From: Phycisphaerae bacterium
Lineage (GTDB): Bacteria > Planctomycetota > Phycisphaerae > SM23-33
DNA length: 37,854 nucleotides
Assembly: GCA_046538345.1 (NCBI GenBank)
Contig: JBKHJB010000002.1
Span: 1 to 37,854, forward strand
Reading direction: 5' to 3'
The notes beneath the pieces are model-generated. The model was not told the origin of the DNA and did not search any database. It saw only the letters and a list, made by a program, of their open reading frames with translations. The position numbers and the translations under genes were made by a program. Shown here one piece after another: positions 15,606-24,123 of the stretch (the first letter of the stretch is position 1; each line of letters begins with the position of its first letter).

Positions 15606-17732
15606 TTACTTCTCGAGCCGCAGCCACCGACCTCCGCAACGCGGAAGCTCCAGCGGTTCGCCGAGATTCGTTTCCTCGCCGGTGACGGCGTCCTCGGCCC
15701 GGCGGTACGCCAGATGCTTCGTGTCCAGTAAAACAGTCCGCTCTTCGGCGGGGTTGATGAGAAAATAATGGTCCGCCGCCGGTCCGACCACGCGGTACAC
15801 CAGCGCGCCCTCGCACGCGAAAGGAGGTTCGATCGCCCCCAGCGCGTCGGCGACGAGCCAGTCGGCTTCTTCGCTATCGGGCGATTCGAAAGCCGTCAGC
15901 GATCCGTCGAAGCCCAGCACGACGGCGGTGCCGTCGCCGAGTGTGTTCTCGGTTATCGCCGCCTTGTCGTCGTCGTAGGTGTCCACCACGCGGGCACTGG
16001 TCGGCTCCAGGTCGGCAACGAACCCCTCCAGCTGCCGACCACGCAGACGACGCGGAACGTTGCGCGAATACTGGAAGTCCCGCAGAATGCAGCCGAACGT
16101 CTGCTCGAACAGCGCCCCTTTGTCACTGTCCAGCAGTCGGCCGTACTCGTCCATCCAGCCGCTGGGCAGGTCGATCACCAGCCGACCACCGCGCCGGACA
16201 TACCCGTTGAGAATCTCCAGCAGTTCCTGGTCCAATGACAGGATGGCCGGGAGATAGATGACCTTGTACCTGTCTGCTAGTCCCGCTCGCAGGTCGCGTC
16301 CGGAGACGTGCTCGAAAGGCACGTTGCGCTGCTGGAACGCCCTGGCCGAGCCGATGCGGGCCTGGACGGGCATTTCCTTGTACTTCTCGCGCCCCACGAC
16401 GGAGGCGGCCGCCCACATGGCGTCGCTGTCGAAATCGGAGAAGACTCCAACCAGCGGCTCCTTCTGCGACTGCCAAAGCTCGTCGCGGAAGCGCCTGGCG
16501 GCCTGACCTATACGACCGGCCTGTCGAGCGCGTTCGGTGACGTTGTTGTTGCGGTCCAGCAGTGCGAACTCGCCCGCCTCCCAGCCGGCCGTCCGGGCGC
16601 TCCAGCACCAGAACCCGAAACCCCGGAAGCCGGCGGCAAGGTAGCTGAGCATAAGCTGGGTCATCACGTTCTCGTCCACGGTGAAACCGGGCGTCTCGGC
16701 GGCCGCGTCGGGCGTCCAGCCCTTACCGCCGGAAAGTTGCTGGGGTCCGCCGGTGGACTCCCACGTTGCCGACCAGCCGCCCTTGAACCAGTCCGCCGCC
16801 AGCGACGCCTGGAGATACACCGCCCGCGGAACCTCGAAGTTGGTCTCCTCAAAATGCCACGAAAGGTGCATCGACGGATAGAACGACCCGTAATCCGCCA
16901 TCAGCTCGGCTATGCCTTCCATGTCCGTCGCCCTGGCGGCAAAAGGCAGGAACAGGCCCATCTCTCCGCCGGCGCGGAACGGGGCGTTGGCGTCGGAGGC
17001 GCAAAAACGCTCGGCGCGCCGGCGAACGCGGTCGAGGAAAACGTCGGCCTTGAAGCGCAGAATGTCGCGATAGTGGCGGTATTCCTTTCTTGGGGCCTTG
17101 CGGATGTTCTCGCGAACTTCGTCCCAGCTCTGCCAGTCCATGTCTCTGCCGCCAATGCCGGCGTGCTGGTAGTTCCACGCCTCTTTGAGATTCTCGACAG
17201 TCGAATAGGTTTCTTTCAGCCAGTCCACGAACGCGTCAATCGCCCCGTCTTCAAGCTCCATGTCGAAGCTGAAAGGAACTGCGCCTTCACCAGGTTGGTT
17301 GGCGGCCCGGCCTCGTACGGGCGGAGACTCTATCCGCCGCCGCATGACCTGCTCCTGATGGGCAAGAAATTTCTCGTTGGAGCGAATCTCCTCGATGGGC
17401 GCATCCGGATCGATTCCCAGCTTGCGGAGCAGCTCCTCGGAAAATTCCCATCCGCCCTCCCCGAACCACCAGGGGATGATACCCTCGTCCAGGGCCATGT
17501 GCTGAACCTTCTTGCGATCCGTATCCGGACACAGCAGCAGACCTTTCAGGCAGGTAAACCCCAGCTCTTTCATCACCCGGAAATGCCTGCGGATATCATC
17601 TTCGTCCATTCCGGGCCGTTCGATGAAGACCACCCCTACGGGCATGGGGCGAATTCGTCGGAACTTACGCTGGCGGGGAGTGTCGTGTCGAGTCAGGTAC
17701 GATTCGGATACTTTCGCGGCGTCGGACGGCAT
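15606..17732 (-). CDS. GH42-like glycoside hydrolase (TIM-barrel domain plus beta-galactosidase trimerisation-like domain)
   Basis: 708-aa ORF with ATG at 17732 preceded by AGGAGA. N-terminal DIRRHFRVMKELGFTCLK resembles the GH42 N-terminal barrel. The middle block YKVIYLPAILSLDQELLEILNGYVRRGGRLVIDLP resembles the GH42 trimerisation (GATase-like) domain. No signal peptide. Confidence 0.5.
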   Translation of the reverse strand: MPSDAAKVSESYLTRHDTPRQRKFRRIRPMPVGVVFIERPGMDEDDIRRHFRVMKELGFTCLKGLLLCPDTDRKKVQHMALDEGIIPWWFGEGGWEFSEELLRKLGIDPDAPIEEIRSNEKFLAHQEQVMRRRIESPPVRGRAANQPGEGAVPFSFDMELEDGAIDAFVDWLKETYSTVENLKEAWNYQHAGIGGRDMDWQSWDEVRENIRKAPRKEYRHYRDILRFKADVFLDRVRRRAERFCASDANAPFRAGGEMGLFLPFAARATDMEGIAELMADYGSFYPSMHLSWHFEETNFEVPRAVYLQASLAADWFKGGWSATWESTGGPQQLSGGKGWTPDAAAETPGFTVDENVMTQLMLSYLAAGFRGFGFWCWSARTAGWEAGEFALLDRNNNVTERARQAGRIGQAARRFRDELWQSQKEPLVGVFSDFDSDAMWAAASVVGREKYKEMPVQARIGSARAFQQRNVPFEHVSGRDLRAGLADRYKVIYLPAILSLDQELLEILNGYVRRGGRLVIDLPSGWMDEYGRLLDSDKGALFEQTFGCILRDFQYSRNVPRRLRGRQLEGFVADLEPTSARVVDTYDDDKAAITENTLGDGTAVVLGFDGSLTAFESPDSEEADWLVADALGAIEPPFACEGALVYRVVGPAADHYFLINPAEERTVLLDTKHLAYRRAEDAVTGEETNLGEPLELPRCGGRWLRLEK

Positions 17733-17940
17733 GTTTTCTCCTGAGCAATTGCGACATCAAAGCATGTTGTCGTACCGGCGCGGCGAGACGATGTCAAGCG
17801 TCGCGTGTTTCGCGATGGTACGGCCCGGCCGGCCAAGACCGACGGCGGTGGTAAAGCAGCGTTTCAACGTTCGATAGCAACAAACCCGCCGCCCGACGCG
17901 TACTATGGATAGAACGTCCCACACAGAGGCGAGATAGAGA

Positions 17941-18120
17941 ATGGATGTCGTAATCAGACTTGTTGCGGGCGGAATCGTGGGCGCCGGCCTGGGGCTTGTC
18001 ATCGGCCGGGCGAGATCGTGTTCCGCCGAGGCATGCAAGGCGCGTGTAAACGTGGTATTCGCGGTAGTGGCGGGGGCTTTTTTCGGCGCTGCCGCCGCCT
18101 GGGCCATGATGGGCGAGTGA
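17941..18120 (+). CDS. Small (59 aa) two-helix membrane protein with a C-x4-C loop. It falls below the ORF-track length cutoff.
   Basis: ATG at 17941 is preceded by GAGG. Translation: MDVVIRLVAGGIVGAGLGLVIGRARSCSAEACKARVNVVFAVVAGAFFGAAAAWAMMGE. It has two glycine-zipper-like hydrophobic helices flanking CSAEAC. The stop TGA (18118-18120) lies 5 nt from the convergent amidase stop. From memory it resembles DUF6132-type small proteins. Confidence 0.5.
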   Translation: MDVVIRLVAGGIVGAGLGLVIGRARSCSAEACKARVNVVFAVVAGAFFGAAAAWAMMGE

Positions 18121-18125
18121 CCCGC

Positions 18126-18911
18126 TCACCGCTGGGGCGGCATAAGCGACGGGTTGATATCCCGCAGAGCCGGAAACTTTTCACGGAACTCACGCACCGC
18201 CGCGATTTCCAGCTCGGCCTGCAGGACGCCTTCCTCGCGGCCGGCGTCGGCGACCACCTCGCCCGTCGGTGACACAACGATGCTTCGGCCGGTGTAGATG
18301 TTTTCCGGGTCGCTACCGACGCGGTTGACCCCTACGACATACGCCTGGTTCTCGATGGCCCGTGCTTCCAGAAGCGTCAGCCAGTGCCGCTCGCGAGCAG
18401 CAGGCCAATTTGCGATAACCACGAGCAAATCCGCGCCCGTGACGACGGCCTTTCGAAACGCCTCCGGAAAGCGCAGGTCGTAGCAGATAAAGGGAGCGGC
18501 CAAAAACTCGCCGCAACGGAAAGTGACCATCTTCTCCCCGGCGACGAAGTATTCCGTCTCACCGGCGTAGCTGAAGGGGTGCAGCTTGCGATAGCGCGTC
18601 AGTTCGCCGCCGCCTGGACCAAATACGACGGCCTCGTTGGCGCCGTGTCCACCCTCGGCCTGGGTCACCACGCCGCCTACAACCACGCAGCGGTACTGGC
18701 TCGCTATCTGCGAGAGCAGCGTGTGGCCCGGCCCCTCGGAATCTTCGACCGTTGCGCCTACGTCCATGCTGAAGCCGGTGGCGAACATCTCCGGCAGTAC
18801 TATCAGCGATCCCGACGGTGGTTGGGCGCGTCGGACAAGCTCGCCCGCTCGGGCGCAGTTGGCGGCCTTGTCGTGCCAGGCGGTGTCGAGTTGCACGGCG
18901 GTTACGCGCAC
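18126..18911 (-). CDS. Carbon-nitrogen hydrolase (nitrilase superfamily), omega-amidase/YafV-like
   Basis: Catalytic E-K-C context: LIVLPEMFATGF (Glu), YRKLHPF (Lys), FICYDLRFPE (Cys). The GTG start at 18911 lies 3 nt after the aminotransferase stop. Confidence 0.88.
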   Translation of the reverse strand: MRVTAVQLDTAWHDKAANCARAGELVRRAQPPSGSLIVLPEMFATGFSMDVGATVEDSEGPGHTLLSQIASQYRCVVVGGVVTQAEGGHGANEAVVFGPGGGELTRYRKLHPFSYAGETEYFVAGEKMVTFRCGEFLAAPFICYDLRFPEAFRKAVVTGADLLVVIANWPAARERHWLTLLEARAIENQAYVVGVNRVGSDPENIYTGRSIVVSPTGEVVADAGREEGVLQAELEIAAVREFREKFPALRDINPSLMPPQR

Positions 18912-18914
18912 GGT

Positions 18915-20081
18915 TCAGCCCTTCACTATATTGCGCAGCCCTCGGGCGAGTCGGGCCAATCCCTCGGCGGCCGTTTCCCGCTCCAGCGAGCCGTAGGATA
19001 CACGAAGGTAGCAGCCGTCGGTCATTCCAAAGGTATCGCCGGGTATGACGGCAACGCCGTACTCGCGGATAAGCCGCTCAGTAAGCTCCATTGCCGACAT
19101 GTCGGTATGCACGCCAATCAGCAGGTAAAGCGCGCCCTCCGCCCGGGGCACCTCGGCTATGGAGCCGAGCTTGCTCAGCTCATCCAGCGTTATCCAGCGG
19201 ACCTGCTCTATCGCCTCACGATGGCGCATGCAGTAATCGCGGCCGACCTTCATCGCTCCGACCGCGGCCCACTGCGAGACCACCGGCGGGCAGATCAGGA
19301 TAGTGTCCTGTATCTTCCGCACCGCGTCGAACAGCTCCGGCGGTATGACCATCCAGCCGATCCGCCAGCTCGCGAACCCGTAGGCCTTCGACAGTGAGTA
19401 CAGACCGATGGTGTGACCGGCGGACCCCTCGATGGAACCCGGCGAAAAGTGCTCGGCTCCGTCGTAAGTGAAGTATTCGTACGCCTCGTCGTGTATGTGG
19501 TAGATGCCCCGGCGACGACAGATATCGTTGACCTGCCGCAACGAATCCTCCGAATACACCGCGCCGGTGGGATTATTCGGCGATATCGTCACCACCGCAC
19601 GCGTTCTGTCGGAGATGGCCGATTCTATCGCGTCGGTGCGGAGCTGGTAGCTCTCGTCGGTATCCACGCAGACGCACTTGCAGTCGGCGAAGGTGACCGT
19701 CATCTCATGGTTGAAGTAGTACGGCTTCTGGAGAATTATCTCGTCGCCGGCGTCGGCGACCGCCAGAAGTGCGTTGACAAAGGCCATGTTCCCGCCGGCG
19801 GTTACGACTATTCGCCCCTCCTCGCCGGCGTCGATGCCGTTCTCGGAGCCGAGCTTAAGGGCAATGGCGCGACGTAGCTCGGCAATGCCCTCCACGAGCT
19901 TGTACTTGTGGTTCTCCGGCGTCTGGAAGAACAAGTCCACGTACCGCATCGCCTCCGGTGGCGGTGGATAGTACACCACCCCCTGTCCCAGCGAGATGGT
20001 GCCGGACCGGCTGCGTATCAACTCCGCCACGGTAGGTATGAACGGCGACTGAACCGCCTGGATGCGTCCGCTTTGCCACAT
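18915..20081 (-). CDS. PLP-dependent aminotransferase, class I/II
   Basis: PLP-lysine context YSLSKAYGFASWRIGW. NNPTG-type block (ISPNNPTGAVY) and IHDEAYEYF. The ATG at 20081 (MWQSGRIQAVQSPF) is preceded by CAGGAG. The track start at 20171 is GTG and adds 30 non-homologous residues. Confidence 0.88.
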   Translation of the reverse strand: MWQSGRIQAVQSPFIPTVAELIRSRSGTISLGQGVVYYPPPPEAMRYVDLFFQTPENHKYKLVEGIAELRRAIALKLGSENGIDAGEEGRIVVTAGGNMAFVNALLAVADAGDEIILQKPYYFNHEMTVTFADCKCVCVDTDESYQLRTDAIESAISDRTRAVVTISPNNPTGAVYSEDSLRQVNDICRRRGIYHIHDEAYEYFTYDGAEHFSPGSIEGSAGHTIGLYSLSKAYGFASWRIGWMVIPPELFDAVRKIQDTILICPPVVSQWAAVGAMKVGRDYCMRHREAIEQVRWITLDELSKLGSIAEVPRAEGALYLLIGVHTDMSAMELTERLIREYGVAVIPGDTFGMTDGCYLRVSYGSLERETAAEGLARLARGLRNIVKG

Positions 20082-20171
20082 GGTCGACAAACTCCTGGTG
20101 GAAGTGCGCCGCAGAGGCATAAAGGTCGGGAGTTTATCGACCAGCGGAGAGTTTTGACAGCACCGATTCAC

Positions 20172-21395
20172 CTACCAGCTAACAGTGCCGGACTCCTCGG
20201 CGACCGGCTGAGCCGATGCGTAATACTCCACCAACCCCCCGGCGACCGAGAGCAACGCATCGATAACGGAGGGGTCATAGGCGCTTCCCCGCCCGTCGCG
20301 CACGGCGTTGACCGAGCGGCGGGGGTCAATCGCCTTTTTATAGGGCCGATGACTGACCAGTGCGTCTATTGCGTCGGCGACGGACGCTATTCTGCCGGCA
20401 AGCGGAATATCCTCAGCACGCAAGCCGTACGGATAGCCAAGACCGTCCCACCGCTCGTGATGGGTCAGGGCGATGTCCCTGGCAGTGGCAATAAGCTCGT
20501 TATCGCTTGGCCCGATGATCTCGGCGCCCACCACCGGGTGCTGCTGGATAATGTCCTTCTCTTGCGGCTCCAACGGTCCGGGCTTGCGGAGAATGTTGTC
20601 TGGAACGCCTATTTTCCCTATGTCGTGCATTGGAGCGGCCGAGCGGATCAACTCCACCTGCCTGGATTCCACTCCCATCGCCCGGGCGATCAAGCCCGAC
20701 GTGTAACTCATACGCCGGAGATGCTCGGCCGTCACCTGGTCCCGGAACTCCGCCGCAACAGTAAGGCGCACTATTGTGTTCAGATGCGCCTGTTCGACCT
20801 GTTCCTGAAGCAGGGAGTTGTGGATCGCCAGAGCAGCCATTGCCCCAAGTGAAACGACACCACCGGCGTTGCCCTCGGGAAAAGAGCACACCTGCCCGTC
20901 AGGTGCGAGGCAGTTGAAGAGTTGCAGCACGCCCACCACCGGACCGTCGAGGCAGCGCAACGGCACCGCCAGCACGCTGCGAACCGGATAGCCGGTAACC
21001 TCCTCCAGCTCACGGTTTACGCGGTAAGGCGCTTCATTGGATATGCCGTCCACGTCCGGGAGGTTCTCCATGCGCCCTGTCGAGGCGGCGTGGCCTGCCA
21101 GAGAGTCGCTGGAGACCGGCATCCGCTGGCCCAGGAGTTTCTCGCGAAGCTCCGAAACGTCCAATCGGTCATTCTGAACGGCGACAAACTCCAACTCGCT
21201 TTCGCGGCGAACGTACAGAGTACCCGCCTCAGCGCGGGAGATCGTCCGGGCTTCGTGGAGGATCAAATCCAGTGCCTCCTGGCGTCCGGGACGAACCGAG
21301 AGCTGCTCCCCCACCTCCAGGAGACTTCTCAAAGTGTCGGCCGCGTCATGCAGCAGTTGAACCCGGTTTTCCAGCATAATGCGCCCCCTTAACAT
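20172..21395 (-). CDS. GAF domain / HD-GYP domain signalling protein (probable c-di-GMP phosphodiesterase)
   Basis: GAF-like N-terminal half (GTLYVRRESELEFVAV...VLAVPL...GVLQLFN). HD-GYP half with HDIGKIGVPDNILRKPGPL and HHERWDGLGYPYGL. An alternative ATG at 21377 has AAGGGGG upstream. Confidence 0.88.
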   Translation of the reverse strand: MLRGRIMLENRVQLLHDAADTLRSLLEVGEQLSVRPGRQEALDLILHEARTISRAEAGTLYVRRESELEFVAVQNDRLDVSELREKLLGQRMPVSSDSLAGHAASTGRMENLPDVDGISNEAPYRVNRELEEVTGYPVRSVLAVPLRCLDGPVVGVLQLFNCLAPDGQVCSFPEGNAGGVVSLGAMAALAIHNSLLQEQVEQAHLNTIVRLTVAAEFRDQVTAEHLRRMSYTSGLIARAMGVESRQVELIRSAAPMHDIGKIGVPDNILRKPGPLEPQEKDIIQQHPVVGAEIIGPSDNELIATARDIALTHHERWDGLGYPYGLRAEDIPLAGRIASVADAIDALVSHRPYKKAIDPRRSVNAVRDGRGSAYDPSVIDALLSVAGGLVEYYASAQPVAEESGTVSW

Positions 21396-21512
21396 AGGCC
21401 CTGCAGCTCTTTTCGACAGTGTGTGCAGGCGACATTAGGCAATTCGGGAAATCTCTCACGGGCCGAAAAGACCGACTAACCCCACTGCGAGCAGTCGCCC
21501 ACCGGCTCGCCA

Positions 21513-22478
21513 CTACCGACGCCTTGGATGCAGAGGCCCGGCGGCGGCGTCCGCCGGTTCGACATGCACGATCGCCTCAACGACGCGGGAGTCGGCCTCC
21601 AGGACTCGCCGCTTGACCTCCGAGGCAATCTCGTGTCCGCGGCGAACCGACAGTTCCGGGTCCACCTGGACGTGGATGTCCATCTCCACCTTCCCCCCTA
21701 CCCGGCGGGCGCGGAAGGCGTGAAAGCCGACAACACCGGGCGTATGAACGACGGCTTGCTCTATTCGCTGCAAGGTTGCCCGCCCCGGTGCGCGGTCCAT
21801 CATTTCCTCGGCGCCATTGCGGACAATGCGTACGGCCGAGACCAGCAGAAAACCCGCAAGCACCAGCGCGGTGGCGTGGTCCAGAAACTGCCAGTCCTCG
21901 CCTCCGATCATCACTCCGGCGATGCCGACAGACGCGGCCAGGGAGGTGAAGGCGTCGGTTCGGTGATGCCACGCATTCGCCGCCAGCGACACGTCTCCGC
22001 TGCGATTGCCCGCTCGCCGCGTGAGCCGGTAGAGCACTTCTTTGATGGGTATGGAGACCAACGCCATAATCAACGGCATAGGCCCGGGGACGGCGTCGAA
22101 CGGTCCCTGCATGCCAGTAATCGCCTTGTATGCGATCCAACCCGAGGCCGCTACAAGCCCCACTCCCACGAACGTCGCCACCAGCGTCGAGGCGCGCCGA
22201 TGCCCGTAATGGTGGTCTCCGTCGGCCGGTTTGCGCGAGACGCGCAGACCCGCCAGCACCACCACGTCGCTTATCATGTCCGAGGCGCTGTGGAAGCCGT
22301 CGGCGATAATCGCCTGACTGGCGAACAACATGCCGACGGCTACCTTGCCGATCCCCAGCGAGGCGTTGCCGATAAGCCCCAGCCAGGTTACTCCGCGCGG
22401 GCCAAGAATGCCCCGGTCGCCTTGACCGTCCTCTTCCATATGCCTCAAATGATACGCATCCGCCACTGTGTCGTCCAT
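21513..22478 (-). CDS. Cation diffusion facilitator (CDF) family divalent-metal efflux transporter
   Basis: TM2 motif ADGFHSASDMISD and TM5 motif WHHRTDAFTSLA (HxxxD pairs). C-terminal cytoplasmic domain VVGFHAFRARRVGGKVEMDIHVQVD. Start uncertain (ATG at 22478 or 22439). The track start at 22622 would overlap the divergent SDR gene. Confidence 0.85.
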   Translation of the reverse strand: MDDTVADAYHLRHMEEDGQGDRGILGPRGVTWLGLIGNASLGIGKVAVGMLFASQAIIADGFHSASDMISDVVVLAGLRVSRKPADGDHHYGHRRASTLVATFVGVGLVAASGWIAYKAITGMQGPFDAVPGPMPLIMALVSIPIKEVLYRLTRRAGNRSGDVSLAANAWHHRTDAFTSLAASVGIAGVMIGGEDWQFLDHATALVLAGFLLVSAVRIVRNGAEEMMDRAPGRATLQRIEQAVVHTPGVVGFHAFRARRVGGKVEMDIHVQVDPELSVRRGHEIASEVKRRVLEADSRVVEAIVHVEPADAAAGPLHPRRR

Positions 22479-22569
22479 CTCCGCGTGCGTGTTCCGACGC
22501 TTGATTTCAACCTGCACGGACGCGATAGTTATTCTTTGCCGAACGCAAACAGATTCGCGGGAGCTTTCC

Positions 22570-23283
22570 ATGCAACCTGCTGCCCTGGTTACCGGAGGCG
22601 CAAAGCGGCTCGGCCGGGCCATCGCCTTGGCGCTGGCTCGCGACGGTTACGACGTCGCTGTCCACTACAATCGCTCAGCCGAACCGGCCGAGCAACTCGC
22701 CGAGGAGATACGCCGGCTCGGCAGGCGTTGCGAGACTTTCCAGTGCGAGCTTGCCGATGCGCCGGCTGTGGAGGAACTGGCCGCGAAGGTCCACCGCGCC
22801 TTTCCCGGTTGGTGTGTACTGGTCAACAATGCGTCGCTTTTTGAGCGCGGTTCACTGGCGGAAACCGATGAGCAGCTCTTTGACCGTCTAATCGCGGTCA
22901 ACCTCAAAGCGCCTTTATTCCTGTCGAAGAAATTCGCCGCCCTCCGCGAGCGCGGGCAGATAGTCAACATGCTGGACACCAAGGTCAGCGAGGACCTCTC
23001 GAGCTATTCAGCGTATGTGATTACCAAAAAGGCCCTGCGGGATCTCACACGTCTGGCGGCAAAAGAGCTTGCCCCGGATATTCGAGTCAACGGCGTCTGC
23101 CCGGGTCTTATCCTGCCGCCACCGGGCGAAGACCAGGGCTATCTGGAAAAGCTCGTGTCCCGTGTTCCGCTGGCCCGGTCTGGAAACGCCGACGACATAA
23201 CGTCGGCCGTGCTGTACCTGCTGCATAACGACTACATAACCGGACAATGCCTGTTCATCGACGGAGGCGAGCATCTGCGGTGA
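22570..23283 (+). CDS. Short-chain dehydrogenase/reductase, pteridine reductase / FolM-like
   Basis: ATG at 22570 preceded by GGGAG. TGGAKRLGRAIALALARDGYDVAVHY (Rossmann), NNAS, YSAYVITK (YxxxK). Sits directly upstream of folB-folK. Confidence 0.75.
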   Translation: MQPAALVTGGAKRLGRAIALALARDGYDVAVHYNRSAEPAEQLAEEIRRLGRRCETFQCELADAPAVEELAAKVHRAFPGWCVLVNNASLFERGSLAETDEQLFDRLIAVNLKAPLFLSKKFAALRERGQIVNMLDTKVSEDLSSYSAYVITKKALRDLTRLAAKELAPDIRVNGVCPGLILPPPGEDQGYLEKLVSRVPLARSGNADDITSAVLYLLHNDYITGQCLFIDGGEHLR

Positions 23284-23293
23284 GGAGTCGGCC

Positions 23294-23647
23294 ATGAAGA
23301 TACGCATCAAAAACCTGCGGCTGCGGACCATCGTCGGCGTGTACGGCCGGGAGCAGAAAAATCCGCAGGAAGTGGTGGTCAACGTGGAGATGGAAACCGA
23401 CGGACACAAAGCCGCTGAAAGCGACGACCTGACCGACAGCGTGGACTACAAGGCCCTCAAGCTGCGTCTGCTTGAGGAGGTCCAGAACAGCCGTTACAAG
23501 CTGCTGGAGAGACTCGCCTCGCACGTTCTTAAGATGGTCCTGTCCGACGACAAGGTGCTCAGCGCAACGGTGGAGGTGGACAAGCCGCACGCGTTGCGGT
23601 TCGCGGATTCGGTCTCGGTGGTCTGCACGGGGCAGAGACGGCCATGA
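23294..23647 (+). CDS. folB: Dihydroneopterin aldolase
   Basis: 117 aa, MKIRIKNLRLRTIVGVYGREQKNPQEVVVNVEME...VDYKAL..., typical FolB pattern. GAGGAG lies upstream. The stop overlaps the folK start as ATGA (23644-23647). Confidence 0.8.
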   Translation: MKIRIKNLRLRTIVGVYGREQKNPQEVVVNVEMETDGHKAAESDDLTDSVDYKALKLRLLEEVQNSRYKLLERLASHVLKMVLSDDKVLSATVEVDKPHALRFADSVSVVCTGQRRP

Positions 23648-24039
23648 ACCGCGCGGTCGTCTGTTTCGGGTCGAACATCGACGCCCGCAGTAACGTCGCA
23701 AGGGCAATGGAGCTGATGGCGGAAGAGTTCTCCCTGCTCGCTCGCAGCGGGGTGGAGCGCACCCGGCCTGTGGGAAGGGAAGATCAACCGGATTTCCTCA
23801 ACGGCGCGGTGCTTCTCGATACTCCGGAGCACTATGACACATTTGTGCGGAAGCTTCACGATATTGAGCACCGGCTGGGCCGAACACGAGACCCGCAAGA
23901 CCCCGACGGTCCGCGGACTATCGACCTGGACGTGGTCGTCTGGAACGGACGGGTTGTTCACGAGGATTACCGCAACCGCGAGTTTGTTCGCCGTGCTGTG
24001 GATGAGCTTTGCGGGCGCGATACGACCGACAGCAGTTGA
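23644..24039 (+). CDS. folK: 2-amino-4-hydroxy-6-hydroxymethyldihydropteridine pyrophosphokinase (HPPK), short form
   Basis: Alignable by eye to E. coli FolK: FGSNI, RTRPVG..DQPDFLNGAVLLDT, GPRTIDLDVV, VHEDYRNREFV. At 131 aa it is shorter than the usual ~160. Confidence 0.8.
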   Translation: MNRAVVCFGSNIDARSNVARAMELMAEEFSLLARSGVERTRPVGREDQPDFLNGAVLLDTPEHYDTFVRKLHDIEHRLGRTRDPQDPDGPRTIDLDVVVWNGRVVHEDYRNREFVRRAVDELCGRDTTDSS

Positions 24040-24123
24040 TGTTGCCTTGCCCGTAAGGCGGTTCGCCGATACACTCCCACCCGATTCAGTAACTCCGACA
24101 CTCTCACTCAAGGAGCGAGCCGA

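Noticed and set aside
17757-18129. Minus-strand ORFs of 116 and 111 aa in the GH42 / amidase intergenic region
   Set aside because: They are A/T/P/R-rich with no hydrophobic or motif structure. The plus-strand 59-codon ORF with an RBS and two clean TM helices explains the region better.
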